This document shows positions 63,977 to 64,000 of a stretch of DNA of 64,000 bases, in pieces. The notes beneath the pieces are model-generated. The model did not search any database. It was not told the origin of the DNA and saw only the letters and a list, made by a program, of their open reading frames with translations. Source of the stretch: Bacteroidaceae bacterium (GTDB lineage: Bacteria > Bacteroidota > Bacteroidia > Bacteroidales > Bacteroidaceae); NCBI GenBank assembly GCA_017381015.1, contig JAFOCV010000045.1, positions 5,628-69,627 of the forward strand, given 5' to 3'. A program made the position numbers and the translations under genes. The first letter of the stretch is position 1. Every line of letters begins with the position of its first letter.

Positions 63977-64000
63977 TAGCCGTATAAAGAGAAAAGTACA

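Noticed and set aside
1-64000. Search by eye for tRNA, rRNA, tmRNA, integrase, transposase and phage structural genes
   Set aside because: I saw no T-loop (GGTTCGAATCC-like) or anticodon-arm patterns in any spacer, and no ORF with recombinase or transposase motifs. Absence by eye is not proof, so tRNAscan-SE/Infernal should confirm it.

Overview
This window looks like a 64-kb chromosomal segment of a Bacteroidota genome, probably Prevotella/Segatella-like. The supporting signs are TAnnTTTG -7 promoter boxes with no Shine-Dalgarno sites, an frdCAB fumarate reductase, a T9SS C-terminal sorting domain, lipoproteins with acidic residues after the lipid Cys, and DUF-type families typical of Bacteroidales. 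About 85% is densely packed housekeeping DNA: lepB-dapB, dprA, a DEAD-box helicase, a two-component system next to a Na/Pi transporter, frdCAB, mnmG, apt, uvrC, deoC, polA, cysK, dfx, rimP-nusA-infB and cvpA-sufBCDS. I found no rRNA, tRNA, CRISPR array, integrase or transposase.

Two visibly AT-richer accessory islands interrupt the core.

(1) About 20.6-26.1 kb. This island holds an all-helical hypothetical gene and 1.1 kb of ORF-free, G-depleted DNA. It also has iteron-like palindromes and about 10-bp-phased CCTAGG arrays bracketing a four-helix-bundle gene. The last element is a two-gene operon encoding a TIR / coiled-coil / 7xWD40 protein with no NTPase, plus an orphan protein resembling the N-terminal module of McrB-type GTPases. 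This operon is my top candidate for an undescribed anti-phage module.

(2) About 43.0-51.8 kb. A structured leader and a 55-nt direct repeat bracket two paralogous surface lipoproteins that end in a YGDCCC signature. Next to them is a 1670-aa T9SS-secreted GH33 sialidase fused to a DUF4091/GH123-like module.

Several intergenic spacers are mosaics of 7-10-bp microsatellite-like 'word' repeats. All family assignments come from motifs read by eye and need HMM or structure confirmation.
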